A program made the position numbers and the translations under genes. From Candidatus Omnitrophota bacterium (GTDB taxonomy: Bacteria; Omnitrophota; Omnitrophia; Omnitrophales; Aquincolibacteriaceae), in assembly GCA_030698625.1 (NCBI GenBank), contig JAUYMS010000021.1, positions 6,227-70,226 of the forward strand: a stretch of DNA of 64,000 nucleotides, in the 5' to 3' direction. Under the pieces are notes generated by a model. It searched no databases, had not been told where the DNA came from, and saw only the letters and a program-made list of their open reading frames with translations. Positions 20,893 to 29,467 of the stretch are shown piece by piece (position 1 is the stretch's first letter; each line of letters opens with the position of its first letter).

Positions 20893-21369
20893 TTGCCGAG
20901 CGCCGCCTTCGACATCCAAGTCCGGAACGAAACCCGATCACGAAGCATGTCCTGCGAGAAAATTCGCCGTATCGCTTCGCAGACATTGCGCGCCCTTGGC
21001 CTGCGTTCGGGGGTCTTGAGTGTCCTGCTTGTCGGTGACCGCAAGATGCAGAGCCTTAACCGCCGCTATCTGCAGCATGACCGTCCGACGGACGTCATTG
21101 CTTTCGGCGGACTGCTTGATTCCGGCCGCCTTGAAGCGACGCAGGGTAGGCCTTATCTCGGTGACATCGTAATCTCTGTGGATACCGCGCGGCGGCAGGC
21201 GCGATCATACGGAAACTCATTTTCCTATGAGCTAATGTTCTACCTCTGTCACGGCATTCTCCACCTGCGCGGGTATCGGGATAAGACCGTTAAAGGGGCC
21301 TCGGCGATGGAGGGTAAACAAAAGACACTGCTGAAGAAAATAGGGATAAAGAACACGCCTTCGAGATGA
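20893..21369 (+). CDS. ybeY: rRNA maturation endoribonuclease YbeY
   Basis: LNRRY....PTDVIAF, LGDIVIS, HGILHLRGY; third His of the H3xH5xH motif appears as Arg (YRD). Confidence 0.88.
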   Translation: MPSAAFDIQVRNETRSRSMSCEKIRRIASQTLRALGLRSGVLSVLLVGDRKMQSLNRRYLQHDRPTDVIAFGGLLDSGRLEATQGRPYLGDIVISVDTARRQARSYGNSFSYELMFYLCHGILHLRGYRDKTVKGASAMEGKQKTLLKKIGIKNTPSR

Positions 21370-23288
21370 ATTCCGACCATATTGAGTATCTGAAAAAGAA
21401 TCACCGCAGACTTTCAATGCGGAAACTTGCCAAGGAACTCGGCTTGTCGCGGGATGACGTGCGGAAAGCTATCCGCGACTTGGATAGGAGTGAAAAAGAA
21501 CAGCTTTCAGTTGCTGATTCGGGGGCAAACCAGATTCCTTTGTGGGGATACGGCGTCCTACTTTTCGCCATTCTGGCAGGTGTTTTGGCAGTGTATGCCG
21601 GGACACTCTCATTCCCTTTTGTGAACTGGGATGATCCTCAATATGTGCTCGAAAATCGCCTCATCCGTTCCTTCTCCATCGAAAATCTTACGGAGATGTT
21701 TACGAAGCCACATTTCAGCCTGTTTATCCCTCTTACCCTGGTCAGTTACGCGGTTGATTATCAGATCTACCATTTCGAGGCCTATGGTTATCACCTGACA
21801 AACCTTATTTTCCATGTGGCTAATGCAGCGTTTGTGTTTATTCTAATCACGACGCTTACGCGTGATTGGTTGGTGGCTATAGGTGTTTCACTGGCATTTG
21901 CATTACACCCGGTTCAAGTAGAGTCCGTTGTCTGGATCGCAGAGCGCAAGAATGTCCTCTCAACGTTTTTCTTTCTCCTTTCTTTTCTTAGTTATTCCCA
22001 GTGGAGGGCTCGAGAAGATAATCGCTGGGGATTCTATGCGGCCTCGTTAGGAATTTTCTTTGCCGCATGCTTTTCGAAGCCCAACGTCGTGATGTTACCC
22101 CTGCTCCTGATTTTGTTCGACGCAACACATGGCGGAAGCGAGAAAAAGCCGGCATGGAGATACCTTCCCTATTTCGGAGGCGCTCTGATTTTTGCATTCA
22201 TTACGTTTGGAATCACACGGGATTCAGATAAGTTGATTTACCATGGCGGTAGCTTTATTACGACGATGAGGACCATGACCGTCGTTATGATGAAATATCT
22301 TGAGCTTCTGGTTTTGCCTTTGCGTCAGAGCCTGCTTTACAGGTTTCCGGCATACGAGACAATACTTCATCCGCATGTTGCCTTTTCGACGCTTTCTCTG
22401 GCGGCGGGTGCCTGTGTTTTGGTGTGGCTGTGGCGCGTTTCCCGGCAACTCTTCTTCTGGGCCGGCTGGTATATTGTGTTGTTAATTCCGGTTCTGAACA
22501 TTGTGCCGTTCCCGAGTCTGATGAATGACAGGTACCTTTACTTGCCTTTGATAGGATTCTTTGCCGCATTGTTTCTAGGACTTCGCCACTGGCTGAGGAA
22601 GTGGCTTGTGGGTGTGTTGATTTTGTTATGCGTGTTCGCTTGGGGGTATCTTAACCTCGAACGTCAGAAAGTTTGGGCCAGTTCTGAAGCGCTGTGGGTT
22701 GAGACACAAGGGATGGTTGCGGAACGCGCCACCTCACCCGGTATTAATCTCGGGCTTCATTACATAGAGCAGGGTAAGGCAGATCTTGCGATATCAGAAT
22801 TCCGGAAGGTTTTAGAAAATTATGACAAACCGGAGGCCTATGACGGCTTGGGGTTAGCCTACTATGTTAAAAAGGATTTTCCGGAGGCGATTCGTTTTTT
22901 TGAGAAGGCTATAGAAAAGGATGCTCAGGAACCGGCTTTTCATAGTCACCTAGCCCTTGTATATGAGGCGCAGGAAGATTACGAGTCTGCGGTAAAGGTC
23001 CTGAGACGGACTATTGAACTGGCGCCGAAACAGGCCACATTCAGGAATAATCTGGGAACTGTGTTGGCGAAGATGGGGGCTGTGGAGGAGGCTATTCGAG
23101 AATATGAACAGACGCTAGAGCTTGATCCTGATTTTCCGGATACCTTGTACAATCTTGGGTACTACTATTTGAGGGTCGGAAGACCTGAGAAGACTATTGC
23201 GTATTGGGAAAAATTTCTTCGCATCTATCCGAACCACCCGAACGCTGCTAAAATCAGGTCCGGCCTGAAGAAAATTCGGCCTCAGTGA
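21366..23288 (+). CDS. TMTC-like GT-C glycosyltransferase with C-terminal TPR repeats
   Basis: WDD..YV..N, YHLTNLIFH, FALHPVQVESVVWIAERK, DRYLYLP, several TPRs. Confidence 0.85.
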   Translation: MNSDHIEYLKKNHRRLSMRKLAKELGLSRDDVRKAIRDLDRSEKEQLSVADSGANQIPLWGYGVLLFAILAGVLAVYAGTLSFPFVNWDDPQYVLENRLIRSFSIENLTEMFTKPHFSLFIPLTLVSYAVDYQIYHFEAYGYHLTNLIFHVANAAFVFILITTLTRDWLVAIGVSLAFALHPVQVESVVWIAERKNVLSTFFFLLSFLSYSQWRAREDNRWGFYAASLGIFFAACFSKPNVVMLPLLLILFDATHGGSEKKPAWRYLPYFGGALIFAFITFGITRDSDKLIYHGGSFITTMRTMTVVMMKYLELLVLPLRQSLLYRFPAYETILHPHVAFSTLSLAAGACVLVWLWRVSRQLFFWAGWYIVLLIPVLNIVPFPSLMNDRYLYLPLIGFFAALFLGLRHWLRKWLVGVLILLCVFAWGYLNLERQKVWASSEALWVETQGMVAERATSPGINLGLHYIEQGKADLAISEFRKVLENYDKPEAYDGLGLAYYVKKDFPEAIRFFEKAIEKDAQEPAFHSHLALVYEAQEDYESAVKVLRRTIELAPKQATFRNNLGTVLAKMGAVEEAIREYEQTLELDPDFPDTLYNLGYYYLRVGRPEKTIAYWEKFLRIYPNHPNAAKIRSGLKKIRPQ

Positions 23289-23343
23289 TCGAAGTGATTC
23301 AGCTCGGACGTGTTAGAATACTCCTTCAAGGAGTCCTGTATTA

Positions 23344-24108
23344 ATGGCCATTCATCGTACTGAAGCATTTGTTCTAAAGACGCAGCCTCTGCGCTCGAGT
23401 TCCCTGATCGTAACGTTCTTTACGCCCGGTTTCGGAAAGATGAAGGGGGTGGCCAAGGGCGTGCGCCGCGAAAAGGAATTACGGGGAGCGCTTTACGAGC
23501 TTTTTACGCGCTTGGAGATTGTTTTCTACGAAAAGACGCGTTCCGATTTACACCTGATTTCAGATGCCGCAATCGTTGACAGCAATGACGGTCTTCGCCG
23601 CCGCTTCGATACGATAACTTATGCGAGCTACTTCTGCGAAATGGTAGACGTTCTCACGGTGGTGCATGATCGGCACGAGCCCGTTTTTGATCTTTTAGAT
23701 TTTGTTTTTCGCTATCTGCGTTCTATCCCCGGATCTCAATTGACCCTCGTTTTCAAACTGAAGCTGCTCAATGAAGTGGGCTGGCTGCCTTATTTGGCCG
23801 GGTGCTTTCACTGTCGCAAAGTGCAGTTTGAAGAAGGCTTTTTTTCCGTCTCGCAGGGAGCTCTTCTTTGTCCGGCCTGCGGGAGAAACTATACCGATGC
23901 GCGTTCCATCTCGGGTGAAGCGCTTGGGGCTCTGCGGTATTATGGCAATCATCAGCCGGAGGACTGTATTCGCCGTCGCTTGACCCCATCAGTCGAGGGT
24001 GAACTGACTGTATGGCTGTCGGAGTTTCTCGATTTTCGCTTGCCCATCCCTCTAAAGACGACCCAGTTCATTGAGGCCGTCCGACCCGTCTTGTCCGACC
24101 TCGCCTAA
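23344..24108 (+). CDS. recO: DNA repair protein RecO
   Basis: TEAFVLK, GKMKGVAKG, Zn finger CFHC...CPAC; phoH-ybeY-recO synteny. Confidence 0.92.
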   Translation: MAIHRTEAFVLKTQPLRSSSLIVTFFTPGFGKMKGVAKGVRREKELRGALYELFTRLEIVFYEKTRSDLHLISDAAIVDSNDGLRRRFDTITYASYFCEMVDVLTVVHDRHEPVFDLLDFVFRYLRSIPGSQLTLVFKLKLLNEVGWLPYLAGCFHCRKVQFEEGFFSVSQGALLCPACGRNYTDARSISGEALGALRYYGNHQPEDCIRRRLTPSVEGELTVWLSEFLDFRLPIPLKTTQFIEAVRPVLSDLA

Positions 24109-24360
24109 GATCGACATTCCTGACTATTTCAATGACCCCAGCATAGTCTTTTTTAGCACCCTAGGTTTCAATCGAACTGCCAATTGCCACTAGGGCCATT
24201 TGCGGGCCTGATTTTGATAACTTTTGTGGTCCTTAGGGTCCATAATCCCCGGTGTCAGATTTATAGCAATTCCTGTAATCTGTTCATATTAAACAAGTTA
24301 AGTCATGTCAATTCACTGCTTGAGTGCAGGAATTTGTTGTTGGATTTATTTGATCTACAT

Positions 24361-24389
24361 TTGACACTTATGATAGTACGTGTTATTTT
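24361..24389 (+). promoter_or_regulatory. Candidate sigma70 promoter in AT-rich intergenic region
   Basis: Perfect TTGACA, 17-nt spacer, weak -10 TATTTT. Confidence 0.35.
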
Positions 24390-24469
24390 TTAGTAAGAAA
24401 ACAGTGGCGGTGGATCTCCACTAAATATATTTAAAAAGTTATTACTTTTAAGGGCAGGTAAGCGATTCG

Positions 24470-25279
24470 ATGAAACGCAAACAGCTGGATGACAACTGTC
24501 TTTATTTCGATATTACCAAGCAGGAGAGAGATTCCGCTATTCGCTATCTGCTAGGGGCTATCATCAAAGTCCGGGATGAAGGGGACTTTCCTTCCAACTA
24601 CTACATCTTCGATGAGGACGTCAATATCTACCTGGCCCATCTTCTTTTTGCAGTCTCCCTGCCGGAGTATCACGAAATGGCTGAGCCGTATCTTTCCACT
24701 GAATCGAGCGACATTCTGCGCTGGGTCAGGGCTACTGAGGATCGCACGGTTCGTTACTTTATTTTCAAGGTCAACGCCGACCACCTGTTGGTCCACAGTG
24801 CCGTGTTTAACGACCTAGAGAAACGCAAACCCCACAAGTTCTTTCGCAAGAACCACAAACATTACCGGGAGCTTGCGAAGCTTTACTACGATCAGGCTAC
24901 TGCTTATCACCGCAAGATTTACCGGAAGAGGACCGGGGTGGGCGAGGTCTTGGGGAAACTTTCGCATTACTATCAGTGGTATCAGGAGATCCTAAAGCAG
25001 GTTCGCCGAGAATATTTCCATTTTGTGAATAGGTTCCGCGACGAGGCCTTCGATCACTTTATGGATCAAGTCAGCAACTACGAAAACGATTTCCAGAAAA
25101 AAGTCAAATTGGACCATTTCCTGGATCTGTACGGGCGGTGGCTGGATACCAAGGATCCGGTCTTGCGTAAGGAAATTCAGAAGTTGGTCTACGACCTGAA
25201 GGCGCTCGATAAGCGCTTTCGTTTTGATTTGGAACAGCTTGGCGACGGGGGTTTCGACCATGAAAAGAAATGTGCGTAG
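24470..25279 (+). CDS. Hypothetical all-helical protein
   Basis: 269-aa ORF with coding-like composition; C-terminal motif shared with the next two ORFs. Confidence 0.75.
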   Translation: MKRKQLDDNCLYFDITKQERDSAIRYLLGAIIKVRDEGDFPSNYYIFDEDVNIYLAHLLFAVSLPEYHEMAEPYLSTESSDILRWVRATEDRTVRYFIFKVNADHLLVHSAVFNDLEKRKPHKFFRKNHKHYRELAKLYYDQATAYHRKIYRKRTGVGEVLGKLSHYYQWYQEILKQVRREYFHFVNRFRDEAFDHFMDQVSNYENDFQKKVKLDHFLDLYGRWLDTKDPVLRKEIQKLVYDLKALDKRFRFDLEQLGDGGFDHEKKCA

Positions 25280-25436
25280 ATTTCGTGCCAAGGCGAGAAG
25301 GCTTCTCCAGCTCTACTCGCGTTGGCAAGAAACGCGTCAGGATGACCTTCAGCAAAAGTGCTTGGGGCTTCTGAGCGAAATCCTAGTTATCCAACCGACA
25401 TTTAACCTGCGGCAGGAATTTCAAGAGGCATTCTGA
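25260..25436 (+). CDS. Small protein resembling the C-terminus of 24470-25279
   Basis: LLQLYSRWQET...EILVIQPTFNL; ATG 25260. Confidence 0.55.
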   Translation: MKRNVRRFRAKARRLLQLYSRWQETRQDDLQQKCLGLLSEILVIQPTFNLRQEFQEAF

Positions 25437-25439
25437 TCG

Positions 25440-25637
25440 GTGAAGACACCCTACCTCGTCCTTCGAATTGAAGATGAAGCAGACCTCAAGTATGAAATCC
25501 AAAAAAAACAAGACGAGTTTCTGGACGTGTATTCCCTCTATTTAAGATCCCGTGTCTCCTGGATTCGCGATGAGGTGAAGCTCAAGGCCTATGAGCTTCA
25601 TTTGCTGGACCCATCCTTCTCTTTTCAAGCAGACTAG
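25440..25637 (+). CDS. Small protein resembling the C-terminus of 24470-25279
   Basis: KQDEFLDVYSLY...ELHLLDPSFSF. Confidence 0.6.
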   Translation: MKTPYLVLRIEDEADLKYEIQKKQDEFLDVYSLYLRSRVSWIRDEVKLKAYELHLLDPSFSFQAD

Positions 25638-25691
25638 TCTCTGCTATACTCCCCACTTAAATTCAGATGCATTCTTGTACAGAGAGGAATA

Positions 25692-26885
25692 TTGAATAAG
25701 ACCGTGCCCATAGAACCGCCTGACAGACTCAAGAAGCTACCGCCTTATCTATTCGCAGTAGTAGACCGCATGAAGCGCGAGCAGATAGCTAAAGGCAAAG
25801 ACGTCGTGGACCTGGGCGTCGGTGATCCGGATCTCCCCACGCCGAAATTTATTATTGATGTTTTGGCGGAAGCCGCGAAGGACCCCGCGAACCACCGGTA
25901 TGCATTGGATGCCGGAATGCCGGCACTACGCCGCTCGATGCAGAGCTGGATCCAGCGCCGTTATGATATTGAGCTCGACCCGGATGCGGAAATTCTTCCG
26001 TTACTGGGATCCAAAGAGGGGCTCGGTCACCTCCCTCTGGCGATACTTAATCCCGGAGATATAAGTCTCATCCCGGATCCTTGCTATCCCGTCTATAAGT
26101 CCTCAACGCTCTTTGCCGGCGGAGAAGCACATATCCTGCCGCTCATGGAATCGAATGATTATCTGCCCGATTTGGAATCCATCGAGCCTCAGGTTCTCGA
26201 CAAGGCCAAGATCCTCTACTTGAATTACCCCAATAATCCGACATCGGCCGTAGCGCCGCTGGAGTTTTTTGAAGAGGCCGTTGCGTTTGCCCGCAAACAC
26301 GGCCTATTGATTGCGCAGGACGCCGCGTATTCGGAAATGGGTTTCGACGGATACAGAGCGCCCAGCATCCTACAGGTTGACGGGGCTAAGGATGTCGCCG
26401 TTGAATTTCATTCTTTGTCGAAGACCTATAATATGACTGGATGGCGCGTTGCTTTTGCTGCCGGTAATCGGGAAGCCCTGAAACTACTCGGTAAGGTGAA
26501 GGCTAATATGGATTCCGGTATCTTTCAGGCCGTCCAACTTGCAGGCAAGGCGGCCCTTGATGAGGGAGATGTTGAGATAGAGAGAAACATAAAGGTCTAT
26601 GAGAAACGCCGCGATTTGGTTGTTTCAGCTTTCGAGCGGCTCGGCTGGCACTTCAATGCCCCGAAAGCCACCTTCTATTGTTGGATTCCCGTCCCGCCCG
26701 GATATACCTCAACCGAGCTGGCTGTGATGTTTCTCGAGCAAATGAACATCGTTGTGACGCCTGGAAACGGATTCGGTGCCAATGGCGAGGGCTATTTTCG
26801 TATTTCGCTGACGGTCCCGGATGCACGCCTCAAAGAGGCGATCAAACGCATCGAACAGAGTCACAAACACCTGCACTCCAAATAG
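25692..26885 (+). CDS. dapL: LL-diaminopimelate aminotransferase (class I/II PLP enzyme)
   Basis: LPPYLFA, LGVGDPD, GSKEGL, NYPNNPT, DAAYSE, FHSLSKTYNMTGWR. Confidence 0.8.
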   Translation: MNKTVPIEPPDRLKKLPPYLFAVVDRMKREQIAKGKDVVDLGVGDPDLPTPKFIIDVLAEAAKDPANHRYALDAGMPALRRSMQSWIQRRYDIELDPDAEILPLLGSKEGLGHLPLAILNPGDISLIPDPCYPVYKSSTLFAGGEAHILPLMESNDYLPDLESIEPQVLDKAKILYLNYPNNPTSAVAPLEFFEEAVAFARKHGLLIAQDAAYSEMGFDGYRAPSILQVDGAKDVAVEFHSLSKTYNMTGWRVAFAAGNREALKLLGKVKANMDSGIFQAVQLAGKAALDEGDVEIERNIKVYEKRRDLVVSAFERLGWHFNAPKATFYCWIPVPPGYTSTELAVMFLEQMNIVVTPGNGFGANGEGYFRISLTVPDARLKEAIKRIEQSHKHLHSK

Positions 26886-26897
26886 GAACCGATTGTT

Positions 26898-27359
26898 GTG
26901 GCCCACGTCTTCCTGGGAGTGGGTTCCAATCTCGGCGATCGACGCGAGAATTTGGACGCGGCTCGTCGTGAACTAGAACTCACTCCACAAATCAAAGACC
27001 TTCGTAGTTCTCCCGTTTATGAGACTGAGCCCGTAGGGGGTCCGCCCCAGGGTAAATTTCTTAATGCCGTCTGGGAGTTTGAGACCTCACTCGAACCACC
27101 GGTTTTATTCGAGCTCACCCAAAGCATCGAATCTCAGCTTGGGCGTTCGAGGCAGGAAAAAAATTGTCCTAGGACGATTGATCTGGACGTGCTCTTCTAC
27201 GAAAAGGAATGCTTGCAAGGACCGTTGCTTACGGTGCCGCATCCGCGACTTCACGAACGGCGGTTTGTTCTTGAGCCCTTGCACGACCTGGCCCCCGACT
27301 GGGTCCATCCTATCATCGGGAAGACGGTGCAGGCCATGCTCGAGGAATTGCCGTCGTGA
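26898..27359 (+). CDS. folK: 2-amino-4-hydroxy-6-hydroxymethyldihydropteridine pyrophosphokinase
   Basis: LGVGSNLGD, YETEP, FLNAV, PRTIDLD, PHPRLHERRFVL. Confidence 0.95.
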   Translation: MAHVFLGVGSNLGDRRENLDAARRELELTPQIKDLRSSPVYETEPVGGPPQGKFLNAVWEFETSLEPPVLFELTQSIESQLGRSRQEKNCPRTIDLDVLFYEKECLQGPLLTVPHPRLHERRFVLEPLHDLAPDWVHPIIGKTVQAMLEELPS

Positions 27360-28216
27360 AGGTCATCCGGTCTCCCAAAGAATTTCAGCATCGCATGCGC
27401 CTCTTGCGGCGCCGCGGCAGCAGCATAGGTTTTGTTCCCACCATGGGGGCCTTGCATGAAGGGCATCTGCGTCTTGTGAGGCGGGCCTGTGCCGAAAATG
27501 ATACTGTTGTCGTGAGTATCTTTGTCAATCCTACGCAGTTCGGACCGGGCGAAGATTATAAGAAATATCCGCGCCGCATGCGTGATGACCTGAAGAAGCT
27601 GCGCCGGGAAAAGGTCGATTATGTATTCGAGCCGACCGCATCCGCCATGGTTCCGAAAAAATCTTCGCATCCTGTGCGATGGGAAACAAGCCGAGAATTC
27701 CATCGGCTCGCAGGGGTGCTGTGCGGAAAGTACCGCCCCGGTCATTTCCGGGGTGTTGCCGCGATCGTTGCCAAACTCTTTTATTTGGCTCAACCTCACC
27801 GGGTCTATTTCGGGGCAAAAGACTACCAGCAAACCGCCATCGTGCGGCGATTGATTTCTGATCTCGACTTGGATATTGCGTTTCGGCTCGTACCGACGGT
27901 TCGCGAGGGGGACGGCCTCGCCATGAGCTCGCGGAACGCCTATCTGAGCCCTGCGGAGCGAGCCCGTGCGCTAAGTCTGTCCCGGGTTCTATTTGTCTTG
28001 AGGCGGGAAATCCGTGCGGGGCGGCGGGGTATAGCCGTCTTAAGACAAGACGCCATAAGCACTTTGCGGCGCCGTGTCGACCGATTGCAGTACCTCGAAA
28101 TCGTAGATGCCGAGACACTACGGCCGGTTAGCCGGAGAGGGCGAAAATGTGTGGCCCTGGCAGCCTGTTACGTAGGGCAGACAAGACTCATTGATAATGT
28201 TATAATCCCGGGTTAA
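27356..28216 (+). CDS. panC: Pantoate-beta-alanine ligase
   Basis: FVPTMGALHEGH, SIFVNPTQF, RPGHF.GV, FGAKDYQQ, LAMSSRN, RLIDN. Confidence 0.96.
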   Translation: MKVIRSPKEFQHRMRLLRRRGSSIGFVPTMGALHEGHLRLVRRACAENDTVVVSIFVNPTQFGPGEDYKKYPRRMRDDLKKLRREKVDYVFEPTASAMVPKKSSHPVRWETSREFHRLAGVLCGKYRPGHFRGVAAIVAKLFYLAQPHRVYFGAKDYQQTAIVRRLISDLDLDIAFRLVPTVREGDGLAMSSRNAYLSPAERARALSLSRVLFVLRREIRAGRRGIAVLRQDAISTLRRRVDRLQYLEIVDAETLRPVSRRGRKCVALAACYVGQTRLIDNVIIPG

Positions 28217-28246
28217 ATTTATAGCCCAAACGAGGTTAATGCTCCC

Positions 28247-28624
28247 ATGAAACGTCAAATGCTACACGGCAAGATTCACCGGGCGACCGTCACCGACGCC
28301 CAGTTAGATTACGAAGGCAGTATTACTATAGATCCTGTTCTGCTTGAAGCGGCCGATATCCTGTCTCATGAGAAGGTACTCATCGCCAATCTCACCAACG
28401 GCGCACGGATTGAGAGTTACTGTATTCCGGGCGAGCCGGAAAGCGGTGTCGTATGCCTCAACGGGGGTGCGGCAAAGCACGGCAAAAAAGGCGATTTGAT
28501 TATTATCATGGCCTTCGCAGTGCTTAATGATGAGGAGTTAAAGACTCATGTGCCGCGGGTTGTGCGCGTCGACTCCCAAAACAGAATGATCTCTGCAGCC
28601 AAAGCCGTCTCCTCCAAGTTCTAA
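28247..28624 (+). CDS. panD: Aspartate 1-decarboxylase
   Basis: GKIHRATVT, YEGSITID (Gly-Ser self-cleavage site), CLNGGAA. Confidence 0.96.
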   Translation: MKRQMLHGKIHRATVTDAQLDYEGSITIDPVLLEAADILSHEKVLIANLTNGARIESYCIPGEPESGVVCLNGGAAKHGKKGDLIIIMAFAVLNDEELKTHVPRVVRVDSQNRMISAAKAVSSKF

Positions 28625-28654
28625 TATTCGCTGGCGACTCCTTTCCGGTATCTC

Positions 28655-29467
28655 ATGAAAAAAATGAAAGTCGGTATTATCGGTTGCGGAACGATTGGCA
28701 CCGAGCTCGCACGCATTCTACGCCGGGAGTTTCAACGCAGCCTGAGCGTAGCCTGTCTGGCGGATCATCACGCCGCCAAGGCGCAAGCCGCCAGACGACT
28801 TTATAGTCCGCGCGCCAAAGTGACATCGAATGCAACTTTGATCCGTCAGTGCGATATTATTATCGAAGCAGCGTCTGCTACATGTTCTGCCGCTATTGCG
28901 CATCAGGTTCTCCGCCAAAAAAAGCATGTGCTCATCATGAGCGTAGGAGGCCTCTTGCAGGACAAGAGTCTCAGTCGTCACGTGAATGGTATGAAGGGGA
29001 AACTCTGGATTCCATCAGGGGCACTCAGCGGCATTGACGCTCTTCTTGCGGCTAAGGAGGGCCGGCTGCGCAGTGTCCGTCTCGTTACCAAAAAGCCGCC
29101 GGCAGGTTTGCGGGAGGCCCCATATTTTCAAAAGCACAAGTTCCCTACACTGCGTGGTTCACGCCCTGTTCGTGTATTTAAAGGAACTGCCCGGTCTGCA
29201 GTGCGTGCTTTCCCACAGAACGTTAATGTCGCTGCGATCCTGAGTCTGGCGGGTATCGGTGACCGGAAAACGCAGGTCGAAATCTGGACCTCGCGCAGCT
29301 TCCGGCGGAATCAGCATGAAGTTTATGCCGAAGGAGATTTCGGCACCGTTCAAACCATCACTCAGAACCGTCCGTCTCGGAACAATCCCAAGACCAGTTA
29401 TCTTGCGGTTCTCTCGGCTGTTGCCACCATTCGAAAAATGCTGGCTAATGTCCGCGTCGGCACATGA
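28655..29467 (+). CDS. nadX: L-aspartate dehydrogenase
   Basis: GIIGCGTIG, IEAAS, MSVGGL, PSGALSGID, FPQNVNVAA, NPKTS. Confidence 0.9.
   Translation: MKKMKVGIIGCGTIGTELARILRREFQRSLSVACLADHHAAKAQAARRLYSPRAKVTSNATLIRQCDIIIEAASATCSAAIAHQVLRQKKHVLIMSVGGLLQDKSLSRHVNGMKGKLWIPSGALSGIDALLAAKEGRLRSVRLVTKKPPAGLREAPYFQKHKFPTLRGSRPVRVFKGTARSAVRAFPQNVNVAAILSLAGIGDRKTQVEIWTSRSFRRNQHEVYAEGDFGTVQTITQNRPSRNNPKTSYLAVLSAVATIRKMLANVRVGT

Noticed and set aside
24184-24393. 69-aa ORF in the recO downstream gap
   Set aside because: AT-rich, promoter-like sequence with no RBS or motif; more likely regulatory DNA.
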